In this document: positions 19,116 through 29,538 of the stretch, one piece after another
How positions within the stretch are numbered: position 1 is the stretch's first letter
Layout of the letters: every line of letters begins with the position of its first letter
Source: Candidatus Collierbacteria bacterium GW2011_GWA2_42_17
GTDB taxonomy: Bacteria > Patescibacteriota > Microgenomatia > UBA1400 > MFAQ01
Assembly (NCBI GenBank): GCA_000998275.1
Contig: LCDA01000004.1
Coordinates: forward strand, 4,360-68,359
Direction: 5' to 3'
Length of the DNA stretch: 64,000 bases
The notes under the pieces: model-generated
Seen by the model: the letters and a program-made list of their open reading frames with translations, nothing else
Told to the model about the DNA's origin: nothing
Database searches by the model: none
Program-made: the position numbers and the translations under genes

Positions 19116-19979
19116 ATGAACAAAGAACCTTTTTTTTCCATCGTTATTCCTTGCCTAAACGAAGAAAAGTCCCTGCCTCTTCTTCTCCAAGACTTAGTCA
19201 ATCAAACTCTTCAAGACTTCGAGGTCATTGTTGTTGACGGAAATTCCAAAGATAAAACTGTCGAAAATGCCAACAAGTTCAAGAAACGGCTTCCTTCTCT
19301 TTCCATTCTCCATAGCAAAATCAGAAATGTCTCTGTCCAAAGGAATATGGGTGGTGAAGCAGGCAAAGGCACCTATCTTCTCTTCAACGACGCCGACAAT
19401 CGACTTCCCAAACACTTCCTTGAAGGCGTCAAATACCACATAGGTGTCAAACCAACCGATATGTTTACTACTTGGTGCTTACCCGATTCCAACCGCAGAT
19501 CTGACAAGGCCATTGCCACCAATCTCAATCTCCTCACAGAAACAGGTTTACTTCTTGGCACTCCCGGAGCTCTTGGTGCCATGATTGGTTGCCGCCGCAA
19601 AATTTTCGGCAAAATTGGGGGCTTTAACCCGAAAGTTGCCTTCGCCGAAGACTCCGAGTTTATTAGACACGGATACCGCAAGGGTTACACCTTCTCTATC
19701 ATCCGTGAACCTCGTTATGTTTACTCTCTCAGACGTTTTCGCAAAATAGGCACTCTCAAACTCCTCCAAAAATACGCCATTCTCAATCTAAAAATTATGA
19801 CCAACCAAGAGGTCGATCAAAAGAAAGAGTATCCCATGGGTGGTGAGTACCTTGAAAAAGACGATAAAACAACGGCCTACTTCAAAAATCTTCAGTCAGT
19901 CTTCATAAAAAAGAGTCCCAAAAAGAGTATTTTAGAAAAAATTAGAGCTCTTCTCAGCCTCGAAGAAAGTGATCTCTAA
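19116..19979 (+). CDS. family 2 glycosyltransferase
   Basis: FSIVIPCLNEE...EVIVVDGNSKDKT and a DAD motif. Confidence 0.75.
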   Translation: MNKEPFFSIVIPCLNEEKSLPLLLQDLVNQTLQDFEVIVVDGNSKDKTVENANKFKKRLPSLSILHSKIRNVSVQRNMGGEAGKGTYLLFNDADNRLPKHFLEGVKYHIGVKPTDMFTTWCLPDSNRRSDKAIATNLNLLTETGLLLGTPGALGAMIGCRRKIFGKIGGFNPKVAFAEDSEFIRHGYRKGYTFSIIREPRYVYSLRRFRKIGTLKLLQKYAILNLKIMTNQEVDQKKEYPMGGEYLEKDDKTTAYFKNLQSVFIKKSPKKSILEKIRALLSLEESDL

Positions 19980-19982
19980 AGA

Positions 19983-20918
19983 TCAGGCAAGGATAAACTG
20001 CAGCCCGATAAACATCAGGTAGACCCCAACCAAAACCATTCCTTCCCATCTTTCCAGTTTATGTTTTGACTTGGTAAAAAGCCAAAACAATCCCAAGATA
20101 AACACCAAAAACATACCCGACAAACCCCTCTGCACCGATTCTCTGATAATAATCGGGGTAATTAGCGCCACGATGCCCAAGATTACAGTCGAATTCATCA
20201 CCACACTTCCCAATAGATTTGGTAAAGCCAAACTGGCTTTATGTTTCTTACCCGAAAAAGAAAGTAGCAGCAACTCCGGCAAGGTCGTCCCAAATGCAAC
20301 TAGCAATAACCCCATCCAAAACCAGCTCACTCCCCAAACAGCCGCAATCGCAACAACAATCTGCACCAGCTGCCAGGAAGAAACTGCCATGATAATAAGA
20401 CCAAGAACCAACAATATCGGCAACCCCCAATTTTCAAAACCGGAAAACTTTTTCCCTGACTGTTTAACCGTCACTTTTTCGTTTGATAGGAAAAATACAT
20501 AGACAAAATAGAGTGCAATTAATACTCCCCCTTCAAGCTTAGAAATTGTCCCGTCCATTAACATCAAAAATGGCATTAAAGCCAGAAGAATCGCCACCCA
20601 CAAATCTTTTTCCAAGTACTCTCCAACCACCGGGATAGCTACCGCAATCACCGCCAGCCCCCCGATAACCAAACTCAAATTAGCCATATTTGCACCTACC
20701 ACGGTTCCTAAGGCTATTTGCGGTTTTCCGTCTAAGGCCGCCGCGATACCTACAAACAACTCTGGCAAGGCTAGCGAAAAGCCAATCAATATTGCCGTTA
20801 CTTTATTCTTCTTTATTGGAAGTCTGAAAACATACCTCTCAAGTATATCGACCACTACTCCGGAAGATAAAACAATCAAAACTAATAGTACCAATCCCAC
20901 CAGGATATTCAACACCAT
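19983..20918 (-). CDS. Na+/Ca2+ exchanger-family (CaCA, YrbG-like) membrane protein
   Basis: Two alpha-repeat signatures, ALPELFVGIAAAL and GTTLPELLLL. Confidence 0.75.
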   Translation of the reverse strand: MVLNILVGLVLLVLIVLSSGVVVDILERYVFRLPIKKNKVTAILIGFSLALPELFVGIAAALDGKPQIALGTVVGANMANLSLVIGGLAVIAVAIPVVGEYLEKDLWVAILLALMPFLMLMDGTISKLEGGVLIALYFVYVFFLSNEKVTVKQSGKKFSGFENWGLPILLVLGLIIMAVSSWQLVQIVVAIAAVWGVSWFWMGLLLVAFGTTLPELLLLSFSGKKHKASLALPNLLGSVVMNSTVILGIVALITPIIIRESVQRGLSGMFLVFILGLFWLFTKSKHKLERWEGMVLVGVYLMFIGLQFILA

Positions 20919-20933
20919 AAATCATTTTAGCAT

Positions 20934-21575
20934 CTATCCCTTTTTCTTCTTCCCGTTTTTCACCCCTGTCAAAACAATCGGTACCACCGAAATCAAGACA
21001 ATGATGATAACAACATAGTGAAAATTTTCTTTGACAAAGGGGATATTACCGAACCAAAATCCCCCCAAAAGAAACAGACTAACCCAAGATAGTCCGCCAA
21101 TGATGTTATAGGAAATAAATCTGCCATAGTGCATCTCGGAAATACCGGCCACAAAAGGAGCAAAGGTACGCACAATTGGCACAAAACGGGCAAGAATTAT
21201 CGCCTTACCGCCATGTTTGGCATAAAAAGCTTCTGCCTCTTCCAAATACTCTTTCTTAAAAAATTTACTCCCCTTTTCAAACACCCCTCTCCCTAGTTTG
21301 TGTCCAATCCAATAATTGACCGTGTCCCCCAAGACTGCCGCAGCCGCCATTAAAATCCAAAGAAAAGCAATGTCAAACGATCCCATGGCCGCCAATGCTC
21401 CGGCCGCAAATAAAAGCGAGTCTCCGGGAAGAAAAGGTGTCACTACCAAACCGGTCTCCATAAAAATCACCCCGAATAACATGATGTAGGTCAAAGTTCC
21501 GTACTTGGCGATTATCAATACCAAGTTTTTATCAATGTGTAAAAAGAGATCGACAACGTATTTAATAAATTCCAT
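20934..21575 (-). CDS. DedA-family membrane protein
   Basis: FLPGDSLLFAAGALAA DedA signature. Confidence 0.75.
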   Translation of the reverse strand: MEFIKYVVDLFLHIDKNLVLIIAKYGTLTYIMLFGVIFMETGLVVTPFLPGDSLLFAAGALAAMGSFDIAFLWILMAAAAVLGDTVNYWIGHKLGRGVFEKGSKFFKKEYLEEAEAFYAKHGGKAIILARFVPIVRTFAPFVAGISEMHYGRFISYNIIGGLSWVSLFLLGGFWFGNIPFVKENFHYVVIIIVLISVVPIVLTGVKNGKKKKG

Positions 21576-21589
21576 TTCTAAATCATACC

Positions 21590-23305
21590 TTATACTTTAG
21601 AGATTTTTGCAATCTCTTCTACTTCTTTCCAAGTGGTCGCTTGACCAACCCCCTTGTCTTCTCGAAACCTGACTAGCCTTGGAAAACGAAGAGCAATACC
21701 CGCCGCGTGCACATTACTTTTAGTTATTTCGTCAGCCGCTACTTCTACCACTATTTTCGGCTCCACCCACACATCGGCCAAAAGAGTTCCCTCTACTTGG
21801 AAATTTATTGGTTTTTCTTTAAGTTTATGTTCCTCCAAATTTATCTTAAGGTTCCTAAACTCCTCATCGGTCAGGCCGGTGCCAATCTTAGCCAAGCTCA
21901 CCCAAAAATCTCCTTTTTTAAGACCAACTAAAAACGCCCCAATTCCAAAACCAACTCTTTTACCCCTACCAAAGTAATATCCCAAAACCACCAGATCTAA
22001 AGTGTCGGACAGTTTACCAGAATTTCCTTCCGCCTCTTTTATCTTTACCCAGTTCCACCCCTGTCTCCCAGGAAGATATTTTCCATTCCACATCTTGATT
22101 ACAGCGCCCTCAAAACCCTCACTCAAGTATTTTTTGTGCTGTCTTTCTACTTCTTCCGGGTCACTAGTTCTCACAAACTCATCAACCACTATCACCTCAT
22201 TAGGAATTATCGACTCGGCTAATATTTCTCTTCTTTCAAAATATGGTTTGCTCAGCAAATCCGCTCCATCTTTACTCAAAATATCAAAAAGGAAAAATCT
22301 CATAGGTACACTCTCCGCCGCTCCGGCGATATTGTGTTTTCTCTTTCTGGTCATCGTTACCTGGAAGGGTAAAACCTTCCCTGTTTTCCTTTCATATCCT
22401 GCCGCTTCACAGTCCAAAATTACACTATCGCCCTTAATCCATTTTCCCATTTCTAAAATTTCAGGAAACATCCAGCTATTCTCCTCCAAATTTCTTGTGT
22501 AAGTTTTTACTTCATTCTTTAATCTATTAAAGTGAATTTGCAAACGTGTTCCGTCATATTTTCTCTCCACTGCCACATCGTGCATTTTTTCAACAATCTC
22601 TCCGTATTCATTCAACCTCTGGCATAAAGCTGGAACCACGGGAACTCCAACCTTTACTTTAATATCTTTAAGGCCAGCCATTCCCTTCTCTTTTACCGCG
22701 GTCGTAATAAGACCCGGGTCTGGATAAATCTGAAAAACCGAATCCAATTCTTTTCGTAAGGTTTTGTTTCCACTCTGCATCTGCGAAAGCGCATCAAAAA
22801 TGGTTTTTGCCGAAAATCCAAGACGTAGTTTCCCAACCACCATTCTGGAAATATACTTTCTTTCTGTTGCACTTATTTCCAGTAGTATTTCAGATAATTT
22901 GTTTACCTTTCTTTCTTGGCTTCCAAAACCACTATCTTCCGCAATTAACAAAAGATAATCATAAATTTCGGTCAGGCTATGACTTTTTCTCTTTTCCTTT
23001 TCAAAAGGCATCTCTTCCAACAGCAAACCCAAATCACCTTTCTGCTTATACTCTCTTGTTACTTCTTCGATTGATTTTCCCGTTCCCTGTGCAATCGCTC
23101 TGATTACCATCTTCACTGCCATACCAAACTCCTTATTTGCGAAATCCGGACCAAGCTGACCAAGAACCAAGTAAATTCCTTTACTTGTTTCTGTTGGTTC
23201 TAACTTTCCAATAAGCTCCGCCAGTACATCTGTAATCAGAAGTCGTGACGAAATCTTTTCCAATTTCTGAAGATACTTAGCAAATTCTATAAACTGCATA
23301 ATCAC
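21590..23305 (-). CDS. ATP-dependent DNA ligase (N-terminal DNA-binding domain plus adenylation plus OB)
   Basis: Motif I KYDGTRLQIH with the adenylation lysine. 571 aa. Confidence 0.85.
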   Translation of the reverse strand: MIMQFIEFAKYLQKLEKISSRLLITDVLAELIGKLEPTETSKGIYLVLGQLGPDFANKEFGMAVKMVIRAIAQGTGKSIEEVTREYKQKGDLGLLLEEMPFEKEKRKSHSLTEIYDYLLLIAEDSGFGSQERKVNKLSEILLEISATERKYISRMVVGKLRLGFSAKTIFDALSQMQSGNKTLRKELDSVFQIYPDPGLITTAVKEKGMAGLKDIKVKVGVPVVPALCQRLNEYGEIVEKMHDVAVERKYDGTRLQIHFNRLKNEVKTYTRNLEENSWMFPEILEMGKWIKGDSVILDCEAAGYERKTGKVLPFQVTMTRKRKHNIAGAAESVPMRFFLFDILSKDGADLLSKPYFERREILAESIIPNEVIVVDEFVRTSDPEEVERQHKKYLSEGFEGAVIKMWNGKYLPGRQGWNWVKIKEAEGNSGKLSDTLDLVVLGYYFGRGKRVGFGIGAFLVGLKKGDFWVSLAKIGTGLTDEEFRNLKINLEEHKLKEKPINFQVEGTLLADVWVEPKIVVEVAADEITKSNVHAAGIALRFPRLVRFREDKGVGQATTWKEVEEIAKISKV

Positions 23306-23314
23306 ATTGTAACT

Positions 23315-24415
23315 CTACTTAAATCCCTTTACCTTACCCAATATATACACCGCCCCTTTAGTCTTACCCTTCTTTCTCAAAAGCTTCTTTAAAATCAGGT
23401 CCTTCAAATCTCGCAAAATCGTATCGTCGGAAACCATCGGTAGAATTCCTCTGATTTCCTTGATGGTCATCTCTCCCTGAATCGTCATTTCTTCCATAAT
23501 GGTTATCTGTCTCTCAGAAAGAGAAATTACCTTTCCCCCCTCAGACTTAAATATTGGTCTATCTCCTACCAAGTTCATAATTTTTACCCTGGTTTTCTCA
23601 GCCGCATCGGAAAGCATCTTCGTCAAAAACTCCAACCATCCGGTCAAGTCATCACCCTCCACCGTGATTGAAAAAATCTCAGTTAATCTAGGCCTGTTTT
23701 TCAGCAGATCTTCCTCTGGCGACCACAACTCTTTCATCCCGTAACCATCGCTTGCCATTACCAGTCCCAAAAAGAACAATGCGGATGTCAGGTTGTCTTC
23801 TTCAAACGGACGAATTCTCATTATCTCAAACATCATCACTCCCGCTTTGATTACTGGATGAATTTCCATCTTTGAAGCACCTTTAAACCAGGAATACAAA
23901 TCTTCCATTTGATATCTCACTTCTACCGAAGGTGGTGACTTCACTTCCGGATACTCCAAGCTTGTCTTTACTCTATATCCCCCCAGTACCGCTGAGTTTA
24001 CAATTCGCTCCCCCAAAAGGGAGTTCAAAGAGGTTAAGTCTTTCTCACCAAAAATTTCCTGCTTAAACTTACTTGTCAGATATGCCGTCTGGCTCACTAA
24101 ACGACTAGCATTCAACCAGTTAATTGCCTTTTGTACATCTTTTTCTTTAGCAACCACTCCTACTCTCAAAGCAACCTGAGCAGGCTTATCATCTCTTCCT
24201 GGGTCATCTTTAATTATTTTCGCCACGTCATTAGCATCGAGTGAAAACCCCAAATAGTGTAGTACGCTATATGCTCTTCTGGAAAGACACTCCAATTTTA
24301 GTTTTACTTCCCAGTCAGCTTGCAATGGCGCCAATTCCACTACCAAGGCCGCCTTTTCAAGCTCAATCAAGCTACTTAATATCTTGTTGGTAATTACGTA
24401 ATGGGGACTAAACAC
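23315..24415 (-). CDS. Fic-fold protein with degenerate active-site motif and C-terminal winged helix
   Basis: ...MMFEIMRIRPFEEDNLTSALFFLGL aligns to the Fic HPFx(D/E)GNGRxxR core, but the His and the GNGR residues are replaced. The C-terminal approximately 80 aa resemble the Fic-associated wHTH. Confidence 0.5.
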   Translation of the reverse strand: MFSPHYVITNKILSSLIELEKAALVVELAPLQADWEVKLKLECLSRRAYSVLHYLGFSLDANDVAKIIKDDPGRDDKPAQVALRVGVVAKEKDVQKAINWLNASRLVSQTAYLTSKFKQEIFGEKDLTSLNSLLGERIVNSAVLGGYRVKTSLEYPEVKSPPSVEVRYQMEDLYSWFKGASKMEIHPVIKAGVMMFEIMRIRPFEEDNLTSALFFLGLVMASDGYGMKELWSPEEDLLKNRPRLTEIFSITVEGDDLTGWLEFLTKMLSDAAEKTRVKIMNLVGDRPIFKSEGGKVISLSERQITIMEEMTIQGEMTIKEIRGILPMVSDDTILRDLKDLILKKLLRKKGKTKGAVYILGKVKGFK

Positions 24416-24444
24416 ACTATTATTATTGCATCATTTGCGGTAAA

Positions 24445-25353
24445 TCACAACTTGGTCACCAACCAACCAAAATACTCTGCTACCTCTTCCACCAGATCAT
24501 CGGCATTAAACATAAAACCTTTTTTTGTTGCCAATCTTTCCGCCGCCTTTTTAACCAGAAATGAAGCTGCGCAAACTGAAAATAAAGGTTCATTCTTAGC
24601 CATCAGTCCCACCGTTAATCCGGCGATTACGTCCCCTACACCACCCTTCACCAATCCTTCATTACCCCCTTCTATCGACCATATTTCTTTTCCGTCGCTA
24701 GCAATTGACACATTATCTTTTGTCAATACCACTAACTCATACTTCTTCGCCAAATTAAAGACCTGTTCACATCGGTCTTTAAATGTAGGTTTCAGTCTCT
24801 CCCCAAACAGCATCTCAAACTCTTTTTCATTTGGCGTCACCACGGCTCCCTTTGGAATATCATTAACCCTAACCACCTGCAAGGTTCCTCCATCAACTAT
24901 CCACTTCTTCTCGGAAAATTTCTTAAATAAATCTAGGCTCATCTTTTTTGTTTCGTCCCCTTCCGAATCACAGACAAAGTTTTGTTCTCTAACATGGCTT
25001 CTCATCAATCCGGGGCCGATCAGGACCGCATCAGACTTGGCTACATAAGCTGCAACATCACCCCTATCCACCCACACAAAACTTGAAAGAGAAGCTTTAA
25101 TTTTTTCAACTATATTCTTATCTTCAACCGGACTCGAAAAATAAGTCATACTCACCATTCTGGATGCCGCCCTCAAAGCCAGTACTGGGGCTCCATGAAA
25201 CAACTTACTTCCTCCAATTATGGTTATCTGTCCTGCGGAGTATTTATCGCCAATATTCTTAAAGGTCTCCGTCTTGGCAAAATCCCGCTTATCGAACTTC
25301 TTTACCTCCATGACTTTAGTATACAAGTGATAAACTTTATTTATGAAAAGCAC
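24445..25353 (-). CDS. nnrD: ADP/ATP-dependent NAD(P)H-hydrate dehydratase (YjeF C-terminal / carbohydrate kinase fold)
   Basis: GGVGDVIAGLTVGLMAK motif and ribokinase-like fold. Confidence 0.7.
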   Translation of the reverse strand: MLFINKVYHLYTKVMEVKKFDKRDFAKTETFKNIGDKYSAGQITIIGGSKLFHGAPVLALRAASRMVSMTYFSSPVEDKNIVEKIKASLSSFVWVDRGDVAAYVAKSDAVLIGPGLMRSHVREQNFVCDSEGDETKKMSLDLFKKFSEKKWIVDGGTLQVVRVNDIPKGAVVTPNEKEFEMLFGERLKPTFKDRCEQVFNLAKKYELVVLTKDNVSIASDGKEIWSIEGGNEGLVKGGVGDVIAGLTVGLMAKNEPLFSVCAASFLVKKAAERLATKKGFMFNADDLVEEVAEYFGWLVTKL

Positions 25354-25612
25354 AAAGAAAAAACCCGTTAGTAGACTCTCTCAAGAAGTTGCCATTCAGA
25401 CACTAACTCTTTTTTCCTCCGCTCTTGGTCTGGTCGCCGCCCTCGCCTGGAACGAGGCTATCACGGAATATATCAATACCTATATCAAACCTTATCTGGC
25501 CAAGGGCTCGGGGGTTATTTCTCTTTTTATCTACGCTCTTCTCATCACCGCCATTACCGTCATTGTTGCTATGCAAATGGCCAGAGTCAAAAAGAGACTG
25601 GGGACTACTTGA
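25343..25612 (+). CDS. small membrane protein, hypothetical
   Basis: 89 aa, two hydrophobic helices. Confidence 0.35.
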   Translation: MKSTKKKPVSRLSQEVAIQTLTLFSSALGLVAALAWNEAITEYINTYIKPYLAKGSGVISLFIYALLITAITVIVAMQMARVKKRLGTT

Positions 25613-26657
25613 GTTTTACTATTTCCGCCTTCTTAAACATCAGTAAATCTTCTTCATCCGCTGTTGTCACGATTACTTGTCTACCGGACATTACTCGTAA
25701 TACTTCTTGTTTGTGTTCTTCATCCAACTCCGAAAAAATATCATCCAAAAGTAACGTTGCTTTTTTCTTTCCCCTTTCTTCCAGATAATATATCTCACCC
25801 ATTTTCAAAGCCAAAACTGCCATTCTTTGCTCTCCCCTTGATCCATAAATAGACAAATCTCTCGTTCCTTCTTTAACTATTAGATCATCTTTGTGTGGCC
25901 CAACCAAAGTATATCCCACCGCCACTTCGGCATCGGCATACTGTGCCATTCGGGACTCACTTATTACACTCAGATCGTAAACAACCTTAAGTTTTCTAAA
26001 CAGCTCACTTTTCTCAAACAAACCATTAATATAGTCCGTCAACTCTCGACGTTTATCTTGAATCACTTGTCCATGTTTAATCAAAAGCCCGTCCCAGAAA
26101 GCCAAGGAATATCTACTCGCCGTTCCGTCTCTTACGGCATCGAGAATTCTGTTTCTTCTGCGCAGAGCTTGTTCATAAGTACTCAAACTGTGCTCATAAA
26201 CTTTATCCACCTGGATCATTAATCTGTCCAAAAATTTTCGTCTTACATCAGGCGATCCACTAATAAGATCCACGTCTTCCGGTCGAAACAGTACCAAAGG
26301 TAAATATCCCAAAATATCTTTTCTCCTTCTTGAAACGCCATCCACCAGATACTTTCTTTTATTAACGATTTTTCCCATTACTGTTCCTCCATTGACCATT
26401 ACTTCCAGATTTATTATGTCTTTCTTTGAAAGTGGCACTTCCCCAGAAACTCTTCCCAACTCCTGTTCAAATCGTACCATTTCCTCCGTTCTCTTGGCTC
26501 TAAAACTTTCTCCTACACCCAGTAAGTAGATGGCTTCCAATAAATTAGTTTTCCCTCTAGCATTTTCTCCCGCTATAACCGTCACCCCATCGGAAAACTC
26601 AAAAGTCTTGCTTTCGTAATTCCTAAAATCAGATAGGGTTATACTTCTAATTCCCAC
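25605..26657 (-). CDS. recF: DNA replication and repair protein RecF
   Basis: ITLSDFRNYESKTFEFSDGVTVIAGENARGKTNLLEAIY (Walker A) and C-terminal signature/Walker B motifs. Confidence 0.85.
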   Translation of the reverse strand: MGIRSITLSDFRNYESKTFEFSDGVTVIAGENARGKTNLLEAIYLLGVGESFRAKRTEEMVRFEQELGRVSGEVPLSKKDIINLEVMVNGGTVMGKIVNKRKYLVDGVSRRRKDILGYLPLVLFRPEDVDLISGSPDVRRKFLDRLMIQVDKVYEHSLSTYEQALRRRNRILDAVRDGTASRYSLAFWDGLLIKHGQVIQDKRRELTDYINGLFEKSELFRKLKVVYDLSVISESRMAQYADAEVAVGYTLVGPHKDDLIVKEGTRDLSIYGSRGEQRMAVLALKMGEIYYLEERGKKKATLLLDDIFSELDEEHKQEVLRVMSGRQVIVTTADEEDLLMFKKAEIVKLK

Positions 26658-26676
26658 GTCTAGATTTTACACTGTA

Positions 26677-27525
26677 TTATTTTTGACACTTCGGACAATA
26701 AAAGGTTCCTCTTCCCCCAACCTTCATTTTTTGAATTACTCCCTTACACCTGCTGCAAAGCTGGCCGTCTCTTTTATAAACCAAAAAGTGATCTTGATAT
26801 GTTCCTCCCATACCCTTGATATCCACATAGTTTGCCGCACTGGCACCGCCATATTTAATCCCTCTATTAATCACTTCTCTTATTGAAACCAACAATTTCT
26901 TTATTTCCAACGGACTCAAACTATCTGCTTTGCGGTTCGGCATTACTTTAGCCAAATAAAGAGCATCATTGGCGTAAATATTCCCCAACCCTCCAATTTT
27001 TTCCTGGTCCATTAACACTAGTTTCACAGCCTTCTTTGATTTTTTCAGTACCTCGGTCAAGTACTCTAAAGAGAACTCCCTTTCGGTTACATCCGGTGAA
27101 GTTTTTCTCATTTCCTTCTCATAATTCTCTTTGTTCACCATTCTCATCCAACCAAACACTCTCATATCATTGAAAAACAATTTGCTTCCATCCGCAAAAT
27201 TCAGTATCACCCTAGTATGTTTGCTGGGAAGATCACTTACCCAGTCTGCCGTTGGGTGTCCCCCAAACACTCTTTTTTTTCCATCTACAAACACCAGTTG
27301 TCCTGTCATCTTTAAATGGACAATCATCATCTCTTCTTTGTTATTAAAATAGATCTCTATCAATTTTGATTTTCTACCAACCCTCTCCACTTCCCAGCCA
27401 ACAAGCTTATTAGAATCTCCACCAAAACTTTTCTCTCTCAATACTTCCACACTTTTGATTTTCTTCCCAACCAACACTTCATTCAGTTGACGACGAATTG
27501 TTTCAACTTCTGGTAACTCAGGCAT
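26677..27525 (-). CDS. mutM: formamidopyrimidine-DNA glycosylase
   Basis: MPELPEVETIRRQL N-terminus and a C-terminal CxxC-X-CxxC zinc finger. Confidence 0.85.
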   Translation of the reverse strand: MPELPEVETIRRQLNEVLVGKKIKSVEVLREKSFGGDSNKLVGWEVERVGRKSKLIEIYFNNKEEMMIVHLKMTGQLVFVDGKKRVFGGHPTADWVSDLPSKHTRVILNFADGSKLFFNDMRVFGWMRMVNKENYEKEMRKTSPDVTEREFSLEYLTEVLKKSKKAVKLVLMDQEKIGGLGNIYANDALYLAKVMPNRKADSLSPLEIKKLLVSIREVINRGIKYGGASAANYVDIKGMGGTYQDHFLVYKRDGQLCSRCKGVIQKMKVGGRGTFYCPKCQK

Positions 27526-28621
27526 TTACTTTAGCAATTTCTTTTCTGATATTCTCCTCAAATTTTTCTTTAGAAAATAGTCTTGCTCTATTAATCAACT
27601 TTTCTCTGCTCCACTTCACTTTATCAAATTGTTTCATCGCCGTTTCCAAAGTCTTTACATCGGTTCCCTCAACAAAAACTCCTGTCTCTTTATCAACGAT
27701 CGTCTCTTTAAAACCCCCTCCGCGATAAGCGATTACCGGCGTTCCGGCAGCCATCGACTCAACCGGTGTCATCCCAAAATCTTCTTCTTTGGCTAAGGCT
27801 ATAAATCCTTTGGCTTCGGCGTATAGTTTATGTAAACTTTCATCATTAACGGCCCCTAGAAGTTCTACACCTCTTATCTTCTTTAGCTGATTTTCGACCT
27901 GAGAATAACCAACGGCCTCTCCCACTATCTTCAAAGAAAAACCCAAATGTTCAGCCGCCTTAGCCGCCTCAACAATTCCTTTGGCTCCAACCAATCGAGA
28001 CACAATCAAAAAGTAATCTTCCTTTTTTACATTTTTACTTACTTCAATTATTTTTTCCACTTCTACTGGAGGATAAATAACCACCGATTTCTGTCGGTAA
28101 TATTTCCATACTCTTTGTTGAACATTTTTAGAGTTTACAAACCATCTATCTACTCTCTCAGACGACCATAGGTCAAAGATCCTTAGATAGTGATTTACGA
28201 TAGTCGCATATACTCTCACTATCCAATATTTCATTAGATTAATGCTCATCTCATACCCATACAAAAACCTTGGCGGAGTATGACAATAAGCCACCACTTT
28301 AGTTTTTTTATCTACTTTAAAGCCGCGGGCAAAATAAGACGAGCAAGACGTAATCACTAAATCATAGTTGGATAAATCCAAAGATTTCCAAACCAAAGGA
28401 GCCAAAAACCTGAGTGGACTATAGAGATTCCATTTTCGGATCAACCACCCATACTTACTCTCAATAATTTTTCTGTCTGAAAATTTTCGGTCGCAGCTTG
28501 AGTTCTTAACCCTAAATGCAGTATATATCGGTGCCTCCGGATACATATCCGCCAATACTCGCAGTACTCTTTCTGCCCCCCCAAACTCCTTAATATAGTC
28601 ATGTACCAGAGCGATTTTCAT
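27518..28621 (-). CDS. family 4 (GT-B) glycosyltransferase
   Basis: EDFGMTPVESMAAGTPVIA motif. The start is probably MKIALVHDY at 28621, since the longer ORF to 28651 overlaps the exonuclease gene. Confidence 0.75.
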   Translation of the reverse strand: MKIALVHDYIKEFGGAERVLRVLADMYPEAPIYTAFRVKNSSCDRKFSDRKIIESKYGWLIRKWNLYSPLRFLAPLVWKSLDLSNYDLVITSCSSYFARGFKVDKKTKVVAYCHTPPRFLYGYEMSINLMKYWIVRVYATIVNHYLRIFDLWSSERVDRWFVNSKNVQQRVWKYYRQKSVVIYPPVEVEKIIEVSKNVKKEDYFLIVSRLVGAKGIVEAAKAAEHLGFSLKIVGEAVGYSQVENQLKKIRGVELLGAVNDESLHKLYAEAKGFIALAKEEDFGMTPVESMAAGTPVIAYRGGGFKETIVDKETGVFVEGTDVKTLETAMKQFDKVKWSREKLINRARLFSKEKFEENIRKEIAKVNA

Positions 28622-29538
28622 AAAAATATTTCCTCCGTTTTTTTCTCCCAAGAATCTTTTGGCAAGCGCGCAAGCAAACTATTAAAATTTAGTTCCTTAA
28701 AAAGATTTGCGGCTTTATTCTTATCGTAATTTGTCAACAAACAATCTTCCCAATTTATTTTCAGGGGAGCTTCCTTGTTTATCTCCGCTAATTTATAGCT
28801 CTGCTCCGCCATTTCCTTTTCTGCAATCAACATTTCCCTAACTCTCTTGCTGATCTTTTCGCTTTCGATGTTTTTGTATACTCCCTCCAGACTACCAAAA
28901 TCCTGTATCAACTTTGTTGCTGTTACTTTTCCAATTCCTTTTACTCCAGGAATGTTATCCGATGAATCTCCCATCAAACTTTTTAGATCGACAATATATT
29001 CTGGTTTAAATCCATATGTCTCCACCACTCTGTCCTCATCAAATACCACTGCCTGTGAAGCTTTATTTTGTAAAGGCAAATACACCACAATTTGTTTCTC
29101 TTTGATTAATTGAAGTGCATCCCTATCAGCCGTCACGATTACTACCTGAGTATCTTTTTCTTTTTTTTCATCAGTCGCCAATCTTGCCAGAGTTCCGATA
29201 ACATCATCGCCTTCATATCCTTCAATCCCAAACTGAGGAATATTCAAAACTGAAACTACTTCTTTGGTTCTCTCAATCTGAGTTGCCAAGTCTTCGTCCA
29301 TTGGTCCCCGATTAGCTTTGTACTCCACATATTCCATTTTTCGAAAGGTTGGTCCTTTTACGTCCCAAGCTACAGCCACGTGAGTTGGCCCCAATTTCTC
29401 CAGTATCGTAAGTAGCATTGCGGAAAATCCATACACCGCATTGATTAGTTCTCCTTTAGCTGTGGTCAGTGTAGGAGGAAAAGCATGATATGCCCGGTGT
29501 AAAAGCGAGTTACCATCAATTAATATCAATTTCCTCAT
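28618..29538 (-). CDS. 5'-3' exonuclease (Pol I N-terminal / FEN-like, stand-alone)
   Basis: [19 protein letters not shown] and a H3TH region. Confidence 0.8.
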   Translation of the reverse strand: MRKLILIDGNSLLHRAYHAFPPTLTTAKGELINAVYGFSAMLLTILEKLGPTHVAVAWDVKGPTFRKMEYVEYKANRGPMDEDLATQIERTKEVVSVLNIPQFGIEGYEGDDVIGTLARLATDEKKEKDTQVVIVTADRDALQLIKEKQIVVYLPLQNKASQAVVFDEDRVVETYGFKPEYIVDLKSLMGDSSDNIPGVKGIGKVTATKLIQDFGSLEGVYKNIESEKISKRVREMLIAEKEMAEQSYKLAEINKEAPLKINWEDCLLTNYDKNKAANLFKELNFNSLLARLPKDSWEKKTEEIFL

